A stretch of 64,000 nucleotides of DNA from an uncultured Armatimonadetes bacterium. Its GTDB lineage: Bacteria; Armatimonadota; UBA5829; DTJY01. Location of the stretch: positions 1,888,001 to 1,952,000 of the forward strand of contig OY970325.1 of assembly GCA_963717145.1 (NCBI GenBank), read 5' to 3'. Positions within the stretch are counted from its first letter, which is position 1. The number at the start of each line of letters is the position of its first letter. The notes under the pieces were generated by a model. It was not told the origin of the DNA, did not search any database, and worked only from the letters and a program-made list of their open reading frames with translations. Shown piece by piece: positions 49,895 through 59,916 of this stretch. The translations under genes were made by a program, and so were the position numbers.

Positions 49895-49996
49895 ACGATG
49901 CTTCGGTAGCAGAGGCCTGGCGGCGCTGCCGAAGCATCGGACGGTAAGACATGATGCTTCGGCAGCGCCGCCAGGCCTCTGCTACCGAAGCATCGT
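49895..49996. repeat. REPIN-like inverted repeat (copy 2 of 2)
   Basis: Same arms as 32018-32119 with a different spacer. Confidence 0.9.
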
Positions 49997-50029
49997 CCTC
50001 GAGTTCGCTCGGGCATCAGGAAACATGGG

Positions 50030-50059
50030 TTGACATAATGTCCGGCGATAAAGTATACT
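50030..50059 (+). promoter_or_regulatory. sigma70-type promoter
   Basis: TTGACA-18 bp-TATACT. Confidence 0.65.
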
Positions 50060-50112
50060 ACCCCAACACAGCGCTTGCATGGCGTTGTGACTCTGCGAAA
50101 GGGGGACGAGAC

Positions 50113-50187
50113 ATGGCACGCAATCAGCATCAGCGCTGCAATAGTATGCAGCAGGCAAACGCACGTCCCCCGGTGGTCGTAGAGTAG
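50113..50187 (+). CDS. Putative 24-aa leader peptide MARNQHQRCNSMQQANARPPVVVE
   Basis: AAAGGGGG RBS; lies between the promoter and tandem terminators; contains an RPP motif. Confidence 0.5.
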   Translation: MARNQHQRCNSMQQANARPPVVVE

Positions 50188-50212
50188 CTCACCGATCTCA
50201 GTTTCGCGATTC

Positions 50213-50288
50213 AGAGGCCGCTCCACTACCGGGAGCGGCCTCTTTGTTTTTCATGGAGGCCGTGGGAGAGTTCCCTCGGCCTCTTTTT
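50213..50288 (+). terminator. Two tandem terminator-like hairpins in the leader
   Basis: AGAGGCCGCTCC...GGAGCGGCCTCT-TTGTTTTT and GAGGCCG...CGGCCTC-TTTTT. Confidence 0.7.
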
Positions 50289-50382
50289 CGTTAGGATTGA
50301 ACTTTTCGGCCCCCGAAAAGCGTCAACTATATGTATGGGCAAGCTCTGGGACGGCTTGCTCGATCGCGGAGAGGAGAATATA

Positions 50383-52368
50383 GTGTCGTATATCATCCGT
50401 ACAACCGGCCTGGGTTTCATCCTGGCATCGCTCATCTGCATGCCAGTCGGACGCGCGCACGCCCAGCAACCGGTCATCAAGGCCGTTATGGCCGAGTGCG
50501 CGCCGAATATCGATGGCGACATCTCCGATGCATGCTGGCAGTCAGCCTCTCAGGTCAACGACTTCTTCTTCGTCAACGACAGCTCGAAGGCCAAGGAGCC
50601 GACGACCGCCTGGCTCTGCTACGACCAGAAGTGCATCTACATCGCCTTCAAGTGCCTGGACTCCGATCCCACGAAGATCGTCGCCCAGCAGAAGAAGCGC
50701 GGCGGAAGCCTCGACAGCGACGACTGGGTCGGCTTCAACCTCGACTGCTACGGTGACTTCAAGAAGATCGTCTGGTTCGACGTCTCGGCGGGCGGCGTGC
50801 AGGTCGAGAGCCTCCAGACCGGCGAGGCGAGCAAGATCGAGTGGAAGGGCGACTGGGCAGGCGGTGCGAAGAGGATCGACGGCGGGTACACCGCCGAGTT
50901 TGCCGTCCCGTTCTCCATCATCCAGTATCGCCCCGAGCAAACGAAAATGGGGATCGCGTTCATCCGACGCCACGCGCGGACTCAGCAATGGTGGTGGTCG
51001 CCGAATATCGGCCCGAACGGCGACAGCGCGCGGTTCTACTCCTGGGAGGGTCTCAACCTGCCCCGCCGGAGCAATCGGCCGATGGTGCTGGGATACTCGC
51101 TCTTCGGCACGGGGTCGGACGCGCCTCACAAAGTGGGACTCGACGTCAGGCACGCGATCACGCCGAGTCTGAACGGTCTCGTAACGATCAACCCGGACTT
51201 CAGGAGTATCGAGCAGCAGGTGGACAGCGTGGACTTCTCGTACACCGAGCGGTACCTGTCCGACAGCCGGCCGTTCTTCCTCGAGGGCCCGAGCTACTTC
51301 CCGCAATCGAACGTGCTATACACCCGCCGGATACAGGATGTGGATGTCGGGACGAAGCTCTCCGGCAAGGTCGGCGACTATGACCTGGCATTCATGCACA
51401 CGCAACTTTTTGGCAAGGAGAACCACACCGTACTGCAGATGGGCCATCACTGGTCGGATCGCGCGTCACTCTGGCTCTGCGGAATCGAGAGCAACGTGCC
51501 GGGCCTCAACAACGGCGTCACCCTGACATCGTTCCGGCAGCGGCTGAAGAAGGCCGGCGTCCACCAATGGTGGTTCTCCTCCAACTACGCGACCGCCACC
51601 TCGGCGTCCGGGCCGGGAATGGGTACGTGGTTCCGCGCTCACGTGTACGACTTCGGGAAGCCCAGGGAGATCCACTGGGACCTGAACTACGAGACTTTCG
51701 ACTCCGATTACGATCCGTATCTGGGACTGGTGGGCGAGAAGGATCGGAGGAGTCTGAGCCTCTCATTCGATCTGAGTGATCAGCCGAGCAAGGGCTCTAT
51801 CCAGAGCTGGTACACCGCTCTGGACCTGGGAAAGACAGACCATCTCGACGGATCGCTCTTCCACAACGACATAGGGATATACGGTGAGCTGTCCCTGCGC
51901 AAGGGGACCGGCTACTGGGTAAACGCGTCCATGTCAGACAGGCCGCCCTACCACGATTCCGTCTCTCGAGCAGGCTACTACTGGGGGTCGAATGACCTCT
52001 ACAAGGGTGGGAGCATCGGCCTCGGAATCGGCAGGCAGGCGGGAGGAGACTACCGCTACTGGTCGATCGGGCAGGGCTGGCCGATCGGGGACAAGCTGAG
52101 CGTCCAGGCGTCATATGAGTCCGCGAGCATCAGCGATCCGAGCCCGGATGCGTTCAGCTCGCACCAGATCGTCGCATCGGCGGCATACGATTTGGACAAC
52201 GAAAGGACCATCGGCGCGCGTCTAATAGACAGAGAGGGCAAGGCGAACCTCTATCTCGCCTACAAGCAGAGAGTGAGCGCCGGCTTGGACGCATACGTGA
52301 TCTTTGGCGACCCGAACGCGGACTCCACGCGGAGCACGGTCACCATCAAGCTGAGCCGGCTGCTGTAG
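50383..52368 (+). CDS. CBM9-like + DUF5916-like secreted/outer-membrane protein
   Basis: PNIDGDISD..W, YTAEFAVPF, TINPDF..IE, RPFFLEG and YTRRI motifs; GAGGAG RBS with GTG start. Confidence 0.8.
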   Translation: MSYIIRTTGLGFILASLICMPVGRAHAQQPVIKAVMAECAPNIDGDISDACWQSASQVNDFFFVNDSSKAKEPTTAWLCYDQKCIYIAFKCLDSDPTKIVAQQKKRGGSLDSDDWVGFNLDCYGDFKKIVWFDVSAGGVQVESLQTGEASKIEWKGDWAGGAKRIDGGYTAEFAVPFSIIQYRPEQTKMGIAFIRRHARTQQWWWSPNIGPNGDSARFYSWEGLNLPRRSNRPMVLGYSLFGTGSDAPHKVGLDVRHAITPSLNGLVTINPDFRSIEQQVDSVDFSYTERYLSDSRPFFLEGPSYFPQSNVLYTRRIQDVDVGTKLSGKVGDYDLAFMHTQLFGKENHTVLQMGHHWSDRASLWLCGIESNVPGLNNGVTLTSFRQRLKKAGVHQWWFSSNYATATSASGPGMGTWFRAHVYDFGKPREIHWDLNYETFDSDYDPYLGLVGEKDRRSLSLSFDLSDQPSKGSIQSWYTALDLGKTDHLDGSLFHNDIGIYGELSLRKGTGYWVNASMSDRPPYHDSVSRAGYYWGSNDLYKGGSIGLGIGRQAGGDYRYWSIGQGWPIGDKLSVQASYESASISDPSPDAFSSHQIVASAAYDLDNERTIGARLIDREGKANLYLAYKQRVSAGLDAYVIFGDPNADSTRSTVTIKLSRLL

Positions 52369-52383
52369 GAGCAGGCAATCCTT

Positions 52384-52412
52384 TTGCATTGCAGACGCCT
52401 GCGTGCTACAAT
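52384..52412 (+). promoter_or_regulatory. sigma70-type promoter
   Basis: TTGCAT-17 bp-TACAAT with extended -10 TG. Confidence 0.55.
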
Positions 52413-52442
52413 CGAAACACCGAATAACTCAGGAGGTACAGT

Positions 52443-53036
52443 ATGGGACATCCGGGTTCGGGACCGTACAATCCACCCAAGTCGGGCAACAACACGACCG
52501 TCATCATCGTGGTCGCAGTCGCACTCTTGGGATTCATCTTCATCGCCGCCATCCTGGCGGCGATCCTCTTCCCCGTCTTCGCGAGGGCTCGGGGGAAGGC
52601 GCAAGAGTCCGTCTGTATGATGCACATGCAGCGGCTCGGATTGGCGATGAACGCATACAGGGCGAACTGGGGCGATACCTACCCGCCGCCGGGTAACTGG
52701 AACGATCTTCTGGCGACGTATACGAAGGAACCTGAAGTCTTCCTGTGCCCGTCCGCCAAAAGCGCCAAGCCTGGTTACGGGATGAACAGCGGGCTGTCCG
52801 GCATTCAAGCAAAGGCCGTCAAGTACCCGGGCGCTACGATCATGTTCTTTGAGACTGAACCCGGCGAGAACAAGGCGGGAGGGTCAGCACTGCTCCTCAG
52901 CCAACCGAGACACATGGGCCGATGCGGCATTAGTGTCGTGGACGGACGCATCATGATGGTCGAGCAGACGTCGGTGAGCGCTCTGAACTGGGACCCTGCC
53001 CCGAAGACCGCGCCAACGTTGCCCACGCGTCCATGA
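52443..53036 (+). CDS. Pilin/pseudopilin-like protein (DUF1559-like)
   Basis: AAILAAILFPVFARAR..A....C......LGLA...Y, FLCPS, and H-x9-DG C-terminal motif. Confidence 0.8.
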   Translation: MGHPGSGPYNPPKSGNNTTVIIVVAVALLGFIFIAAILAAILFPVFARARGKAQESVCMMHMQRLGLAMNAYRANWGDTYPPPGNWNDLLATYTKEPEVFLCPSAKSAKPGYGMNSGLSGIQAKAVKYPGATIMFFETEPGENKAGGSALLLSQPRHMGRCGISVVDGRIMMVEQTSVSALNWDPAPKTAPTLPTRP

Positions 53037-53054
53037 TCCGATACCTGGACTCGG

Positions 53055-53732
53055 TTACGCCGCTTTCTCGTGCGTCTGCAGGCCCATGACCGCCACCGTC
53101 TGCTCCGGGGAGTCCGGGCCTTCGTCTCCGTTCCTGCGGCCACGGTATCTGACAGCGAAGGTCATGATCGCGCCTTCGCCATGAACCCGATACAGGTAAG
53201 GCGATGAGGTCGCGAAGTCAAGCATGCGGAAGACCTCGTCGCCGGCCTTTTTCACATAGATATTGCATCCCAGCGCCCATTTCGGCTTCCCGTTCCGAAG
53301 CTCGTTCGCCGGCGCAGTGCCGAAATGCACGACGACCATGTTGCCCACCACTTCCAGATGGAGCGCCGGAGCCTCTTGACCGACTTCCCGCCTCACGCGC
53401 CCCTTATTGACGGCCTTTAGCCGCATCGCCCCGCGCATCTCGTCCGTGACCTGCGACTGGGAGCTGATGAACCTCACCAACGGACGTACGTGCGCTTCGA
53501 AGGTCGTCCGGGCCGTCTTCTTGCGCAGGACGGCCGCCTTTGCGAGCCTCTGTTGCGTCTGATGATTCTCCAGGGCGGCCACGAACTCCGCTCGATCCCC
53601 GGCCAGGAACGCCACTTGCTCGGGCGACAGCCGCAGTTCGTCGAGGTGAGACATGACGTAGCCCTCCAGGTTTCCGATCCAGCTCTTCACATCTTCGTCG
53701 TTGACAGGAATGTAATCGTCTTTCCGCGCCAT
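53055..53732 (-). CDS. Uncharacterised ~220-aa helical + FN3-like protein, paralog C
   Basis: AAGGGAG RBS; DYIP.ND...W..N, RPLVR.I, VHFG..P.NE.RNGKP.WA.GC.IY, SSPY and VRYRG motifs shared with A and B. Confidence 0.85.
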   Translation of the reverse strand: MARKDDYIPVNDEDVKSWIGNLEGYVMSHLDELRLSPEQVAFLAGDRAEFVAALENHQTQQRLAKAAVLRKKTARTTFEAHVRPLVRFISSQSQVTDEMRGAMRLKAVNKGRVRREVGQEAPALHLEVVGNMVVVHFGTAPANELRNGKPKWALGCNIYVKKAGDEVFRMLDFATSSPYLYRVHGEGAIMTFAVRYRGRRNGDEGPDSPEQTVAVMGLQTHEKAA

Positions 53733-53756
53733 GACACGTGCTCCCTTCAGTTAGTC

Positions 53757-53924
53757 GTTCCAACCGGCGGCGGGATCGGTCCGCTCGGCAGCGGGTCCGT
53801 TCCCCTCGTCAGCGGGAACGGACCCGCTGGCAGTTGGAACACCCCTGCCGAGAGAGGGACCGGGCCGACTCTCAGTGGGAATGGCCCCCCTCAAGGGTGG
53901 ACCATTCCCATTATCGGCGGGCTT
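53757..53924. repeat. Degenerate 21-bp tandem array upstream of paralog C (8 units)
   Basis: Units such as gttcccctcgtcagcgggaac and ggacccgctggcagttggaac; CC at unit positions 4-5 and GG at 17-18 in all eight. Confidence 0.85.
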
Positions 53925-53957
53925 GAGGGCGAACTGGAGGGAGGTTTGCGAGTCGTC

Positions 53958-55895
53958 CTACTTCAGCGCGTAGACATCCACATCGGAGGAGAAGTAGACC
54001 GTGCCGTCGGGGCCGAGGGCGACGTTGTCGACCTTGGCGGGCGCATCGATGAGGCGCTCCGTCTTGTCGGTCGCCAGGTCGAGCTTCACGATCGCCTTCT
54101 CGCTGGCATAGTACAGGCTGCCAGCGAGCGACGCGACCGAGTTGCACGTCAGGCCCGGGATGTCCGATGGCAGGCCCTCGATGAACTCGCGCTTCGCGGT
54201 GTCGAAGAGCTTCATCGCGCCATCTACGGAAACCACCACCCGCCCGAGTTTCTCATCGCAGGCGAGCACTCGAATGTTCGACGTGCCTTCGAAGGTATGC
54301 TCGAAGGCGACCTTGCCGGTCGAGAGGTCGATCACCCCGAACTTGGGGGACTCGCCCTTCTTGTTCGGCAGGCCGTTCGCGCCGAGGGAACTGCCGACGT
54401 AGATGGACTTCGCGTCGACCCCCACCCCGCCGATCGCCTGCTCGCCGAGAGGATTCTCGATGAGGTCGGTCTTGCCGCTATCGGGATCGGTGATCGCGAC
54501 CGCGCCGCCGTATGTCCCGTACTTCGCCATCCAGCCGGAGTAGAGCTTGCCGTCCGGGCCGAAGACCGCGCCGCCGGTCGGGCGGATGTAGCCCTTCGGA
54601 CCGACACTCGCGATCACCTTCGGGTTCTTGTTGTCCCACTGATTCCACGGTTGCTCCGGGTCGTACCGGACGACGTCTCCCCCCACGTAGGCGACCGCAT
54701 ATGCCTTGCCGTCACGGAACGCCACATCGTAGACCTCGCCGCCTGCGTCGCAGATCGTGCTGGTGTTCGTCGCCTTCTTCGTCGCGGGATCCATGAACCA
54801 GAGCGTCTGGCCGAAGGTCGGACCGCCCCACAGCCTGCCCTGTGCGTCGGCTCGCAGGAAGTGCGTCTGGCGGGGAGCGGACTCACCGGGGATGCGCTTG
54901 AGGTGGAGCTTCGTGTCGCCGGCCCTCATCACGAAATAGTCCTGCCCGCGAACGCCGAGCAGTTCGCCCTTCGAGTTCGAGGCAAGGGGTCGTCCTCGAA
55001 GGTCGATATCGGTGATCAGCTTCAGGTCCTTGTCGCCGTCTCGGTATGTGTAGAGGGCGTTCCCCTGATGGATCAGGAGCAGATCGTCGGTCGTCGCATA
55101 GGCATCGACCGACCACGCGCGCTTCTCGGCGGGAGGAGTCGGGAATGGCGGCGGGACTTCGTAGAGCGTCTTGCCCTTGAACGCCTTGTTGCCGGCGAGG
55201 AAGTATCCGTGCCACGACACCCCGGACGTGACGCCCACCATGCTCTTCGGCAGCGGGCGGAACTCCTTGGTCGCGGGGTCGAAGATCAGGACGGTGTTCT
55301 TCTCCTGACCGAAGCTGCACAGGATTCGCCCATCGGGGAGCGCCGAGACGTAGCGCAGGTACATGTTCGGTGGAGCGGGCGCACCGAGGTCCTCGACCTC
55401 ATAGGTCTCGAGGTCGAGCGCACCGAGCTTGCCCCCGCCATACGTGCCGCCGTAGACGCGCCCATCGCTTCCGATCGCCAAGTTCCAGATGTAGCTCTCA
55501 CCGGGGAAGGCAGCGACCTTGGTGAACTCCATCTTCTTCAGGTCGAACACCATGAACCGCCCATCGTAGAACGTCCCGACGACGAGCCGATCGCCGGGGA
55601 CTTCGTCGAGCGCCCACGATCCCGCGCCTGCGGGGGCGGTGTAGACCTTGGCGGTGTTCTTCGCGGGGTCGATGAAGATCAACTCCGCGCCGGAGTTCTC
55701 GTTCATGTTGCTGAGGACGAGCATCTCTCGCCCGGAGGATCGGTCAACGACGACTCGTCCGGCGAGGACGTTCCGCGCCTGGCACGGCTTCCCGAGATGC
55801 ACGATCTCCGCCGACGATGCGACTGCGGCGAGTGTGAGAATTGCGACGGCCAAGAGCCACTGGGGTATGTGCAAGATGGATCTCCTTCTGCTCAT
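53958..55895 (-). CDS. Secreted multi-blade beta-propeller protein
   Basis: Signal peptide; repeated (G/D)GR/K.Y.G blades (SDGRVYGGTY, PDGKLYSG, PDGTVYFS). Confidence 0.75.
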   Translation of the reverse strand: MSRRRSILHIPQWLLAVAILTLAAVASSAEIVHLGKPCQARNVLAGRVVVDRSSGREMLVLSNMNENSGAELIFIDPAKNTAKVYTAPAGAGSWALDEVPGDRLVVGTFYDGRFMVFDLKKMEFTKVAAFPGESYIWNLAIGSDGRVYGGTYGGGKLGALDLETYEVEDLGAPAPPNMYLRYVSALPDGRILCSFGQEKNTVLIFDPATKEFRPLPKSMVGVTSGVSWHGYFLAGNKAFKGKTLYEVPPPFPTPPAEKRAWSVDAYATTDDLLLIHQGNALYTYRDGDKDLKLITDIDLRGRPLASNSKGELLGVRGQDYFVMRAGDTKLHLKRIPGESAPRQTHFLRADAQGRLWGGPTFGQTLWFMDPATKKATNTSTICDAGGEVYDVAFRDGKAYAVAYVGGDVVRYDPEQPWNQWDNKNPKVIASVGPKGYIRPTGGAVFGPDGKLYSGWMAKYGTYGGAVAITDPDSGKTDLIENPLGEQAIGGVGVDAKSIYVGSSLGANGLPNKKGESPKFGVIDLSTGKVAFEHTFEGTSNIRVLACDEKLGRVVVSVDGAMKLFDTAKREFIEGLPSDIPGLTCNSVASLAGSLYYASEKAIVKLDLATDKTERLIDAPAKVDNVALGPDGTVYFSSDVDVYALK

Positions 55896-56070
55896 TCGAG
55901 GTGATGCTGAGAATCTACTGCCACCTTCGTTGCCCGCAGCTCGAAGTCCTCCGCGACAAACAAATGAGCCGACACGACCATGAAATCGCGATCGACTTCA
56001 AAGCCATGCCGGCTCAGTTTGCTGGATGCTTGGAGCGAAGCATGCTCCGAGAGCTTCCTAATACATCAGT

Positions 56071-59000
56071 CTACCGGTAGTAGACTATGTCCGCATCGCT
56101 TCTCAGCTTGACTACCGGCGCGGGCAGACCGTTCACCGTGCCGACCTGGCAGATGCCTGTAACGACCACGTTGTCCAGGCTCGCGAGTTCGGCCTTCTTC
56201 GACGTACTCAGGAGCGATACGTCCACCGGTATCCCGACGATCGTCGCATCGTAGACCATGGCTGATCCGTCGTCGACGAACCAGTAGATGCCCTCGGTCG
56301 TGGTGAGCTTGCCGGTGATGGTCACGAACAACCCGATGGTGTTCACACCGTTCCCTCCGGGTATGCCGGGTGTGTACGCGTTCAGACTGGCGCCGCCAGA
56401 TCCCTGTTGACGATCAGCAGTGGCTGAGGCATCACTCCGGCTGTTCCGGCGGTCACTGTCGCGCCCTGGATGACCCGCTCATTGTTCACAAGGTTGATCA
56501 CGCCGGCCACGTTGACGAAGCTGCCCTGAGCGAACCCACCCACGTCTACTCTGATGCCGGAGAATCCGTCGCCGGGCTCCTGGATGTAGAGATGATCGCC
56601 GAAGTCGGCGGTGACCGCTTTGTTGAGGAGCGCGACTTCGCTCGGGTTTTCCAGCGCCTTTGCGGCTTGGATCGTCCCTGTGTCGGCCAGGACCTCGATG
56701 CCATCACTGATCGTCCCGGTCGAGACGTTGCCGGCGGCATCCTTGAACTGCGCATATACAGTCTTGTCGCCGACTCCGGTGCTCAGCGACCAGATCTTGC
56801 TCGTGTCGTAGGTCTCCCAGCCGCTCCATGCGCCGCCCTCGTTGTTGAACTGCATCTGTGCAGCGTCAGTGGACGACACATCGAGCGTCACGGAACTCGA
56901 CGGTGCGTAGTCCGCGCCGCTTTCGATCGAGATCGTCCCCGTCGGGGGAGACGTATCGACTGTTATGGTATCGGAGACCGGCGCGGACCAATTGCCCGCA
57001 ACGTCCTTGAACTTCACATATACGATCTTCAGCCCTTCGCCGCCCGGGAGCGTGTAGCTCTTGCTGACCGCATAAGCCTCCGGAGCCGAATAGGTGGTCC
57101 CGTCGTCGCTGAACTGCATCTGAGCGCCGGTGCCCATGCCGCTTGGGAAGTCGCTCGCAGACAAGGCGAGCGCTACGTCCGGGCTCGATGTATCCACAGA
57201 TCCACCGTTGATGTTGATGCTGCAGCTCACGGGCGCGAGCACGTCATAGTAGTCGATCTCCAGGCGCGGCCTGGGGTTGGCGCCGCCATACTGCTCCTTG
57301 TCAGTAAAGATCTTGGCGGCGGTGTTCAGCGTCTCCTGTGAATGAAGGACCATAACCCCTCGGCTCTGCACCGGGATGCCGCCCGTGTTTCCGTTCCACG
57401 ACCAGGTGTAGTCGCCCACAGCGCCGACGGAAGTCGTGGCATACACCCCGGAGTAGTTGGCGTTCATGTTGGTCCAGGTTGCAGATCCCTCAGTCCAGTT
57501 CGCGGTGACCTTGCCAAGGCTGATATTATACGCCGTGTTGACCGAACGGGTGTAGCAATACAGCTTGACCCGAACGCTGTTGGAGGCACTGACGATTGAG
57601 GCCTGATCCGGAGCGCCGGTAACATCCCACTGCACCAAACCGCGCCGGATGGCGAGGCTCGCGGTTGAACTCCAGCCGCACTGTACGGCCGCGGCCGCGG
57701 CGGTGCCGTCCGGAGTCCCGCTTCGGATGTAGCAGTCGCCGTTGGTCGTCGTTCGGCTCCAGGTGTAGAAAGGCGGGGCCGATGTGCTCAGCGCGACCGC
57801 GGTGCTCTGTGCCGAGTAGTTGAGCACCACATCATAGGCGTCAACGCGATAGTTGTATGCAGTGCTGTAGTTCAGACCGGAGTCGGTGTAACTGGTGCCC
57901 GCTGCCGTGCCTACCTGGACGCCGTTTCGGTAGACCCTGTAGCCTACGACGGCATAGTTGTCGGTCGAGGCATCCCAGGCGAGGGTAATGGTGCTGGGCG
58001 TCGATCCGGTGGCGTGCACGTTCTGGGGGACGCTTGGCGGATCGAAGTCGGTGTTCGGACCGCAATCACAGGACTTGCTCACGGTGGGTCCGAACCATGC
58101 GTAGCCGTCGCGCACCATCTGCCAGGCGGCCGTGTAGATCCCGCCTGAGCCGGGAGCGGTCAGGGTGAAGTTGAAAGTGTATGTAGCCCCCGGCTTTATC
58201 GTACCCGAGAGATTTACCCGTGTGAAGGTCCCGAACGGATTGTTGTCACCCACGGCTGCCAACCGGAAACCTCGGGCATTCAGCCAGCACACGCCTCTGT
58301 TCCGGTATGTAACCGACACAGCGTAGCTCTGCCCCGGCAACATAGTCGTTGGGATGGTGTCTGACACATATTCGCAGGAATACTTGTCCCACGTCGGGGT
58401 ATTGCCGAAGTAGGCGCATATCCCCTTGTATATCCCCCATTCAGACACGGACCGGAAGAAGTCGTCGGTTAGGTAAGAAGCATCCCTTGCGCAGTTGTCG
58501 TGGAACGCAACCTCTATCAGGACAGCTGGTCGGTCCGGGATGCGGATTTCGCCGAAACCGCCGGCGGAATCCTTGACTCCCCGGTTGGCCCACGCGCTCT
58601 CACCGTCGTATGTGCTGCGGATCGCGTCGATAATGTTGTTCTGGATACTGTTCGCGAGCGTCAGACTGTTCGCTTCGTGATCGGGGTGCTCCATTGCAGT
58701 GTCGCGGAACGTCTCCGTTCCGTTTGCCGTGCCACCGCCGCCGGCATTCGTATGATGCGCGATGTAGATGTCGGCCGCGTTGTAGTCCGCCCACAGAGGA
58801 CGCGCGCGGATGTCGTCGCTGCTGCGGTCGGTCGCCGTATCGGCGCCGGTGTTGCCCGAGGATGACGCCCAGACGCTGCCCGGCGCTCCGGCGTGATGAA
58901 GCCATGACGATGCGCACATCTTCCACCACGCCAGGCCGGTGTCCGAGTTGCAGCAGTCGCTCTCATCGAGCTGTCTTGGCGTGATGAAGGTCGCCCCGTC

Positions 59001-59663
59001 CTGGACCAGGTACTGCTTGAGGAACTGAACCAGTCGGATGCTGTTCGTATCCTCGAGGACGGCTTCCCCGAAGCCGCATGGGTCGGAACGCTGCCAGCCC
59101 CACCAGCCCTTATAGAGCATTCCGTGAGATGGCCCGACAGCTACCTTCTTGCCGCTGAGACCAACCGCACCGACGATGGGCGGCGACTGTGGCTGAGCAC
59201 TCGGCATGCCGGATACGTCCGGAGCAGGCGACAGATACGATGACAGCAGCTCGCCGTTGCTTGTGAGCTTGATCGCCGAGATCGACGGGAAATCGCCGAG
59301 CGTCGTCCTGAACTGATTGAAGATTGCCTCCAGGCCCGACTCATTCAGCCCGACAAGGACCTCGTTCGACAGGTCTACTTCGGCCGAACCATCGGATATC
59401 GCGAGGCCGTTGATGGAGACCCCGACAGGAATCCTTGAGAAGATTCCTTGATCCGCTTCAACCTGAGTCGGACCGGCGACAAGCGCGCGGATCGCCGCTT
59501 CCGCGGGATCCATCCCGGTCGGAACATCGCGATCCACCAGGACCGGTTGCCCTTGCGACCAGAACCGGACCTGCACGGTCGATGCGCTCGCCGTCCCTCC
59601 CAGGATCAGAAGAACCAGCAAGATCGCTGCCGGTACTCTACATGAAAGTAAGAAGCTCCTCAT
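56071..59663 (-). CDS. GerMN + N-acetylmuramoyl-L-alanine amidase + NBR1-Ig + FN3 + DNRLRE-like surface protein (frameshift near 56397)
   Basis: ALVAGPT GerMN; SHG, E, HHTNA and AVLIEVAFHD Amidase_3 motifs; WDASTDN..V.GY FN3. The tail continues in ORF 56071-56346. Confidence 0.85.
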
Positions 59664-59916
59664 ACCCTGCCCCCAAGAATCGGTCTGGACGCCCCCAAAT
59701 ACCATGTGATACCGTGGAACGTTCTGCGACCACCAGAATCAGAGTCTCACCCCGTCCGGAACGCGCACAGCCAAGAATCCACAAGACTCCATGGTCAGTA
59801 TACTGGATTTGCCCGCAGTGTCAAGGGTGCAGGGGGTATCTTGGGGCAAAACTGGTATTATTACCGGGTGAGCGCGAGGGGTCGAAAACGGCTTGTCCCG
59901 ATGGCGAGTCATGCCG

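Noticed and set aside
53750-53960. Readthrough of the beta-propeller TAG into array C
   Set aside because: The array frame is open and in phase after the stop, but that has a one-in-three chance and arrays A and B show no equivalent.
53490-55904. 804-aa plus-strand ORF and other long antisense ORFs (e.g. 1951-3375, 6124-7560, 6653-8047, 18796-20175)
   Set aside because: Shadow frames of well-supported genes on the opposite strand in GC-rich DNA, with no recognisable motifs.
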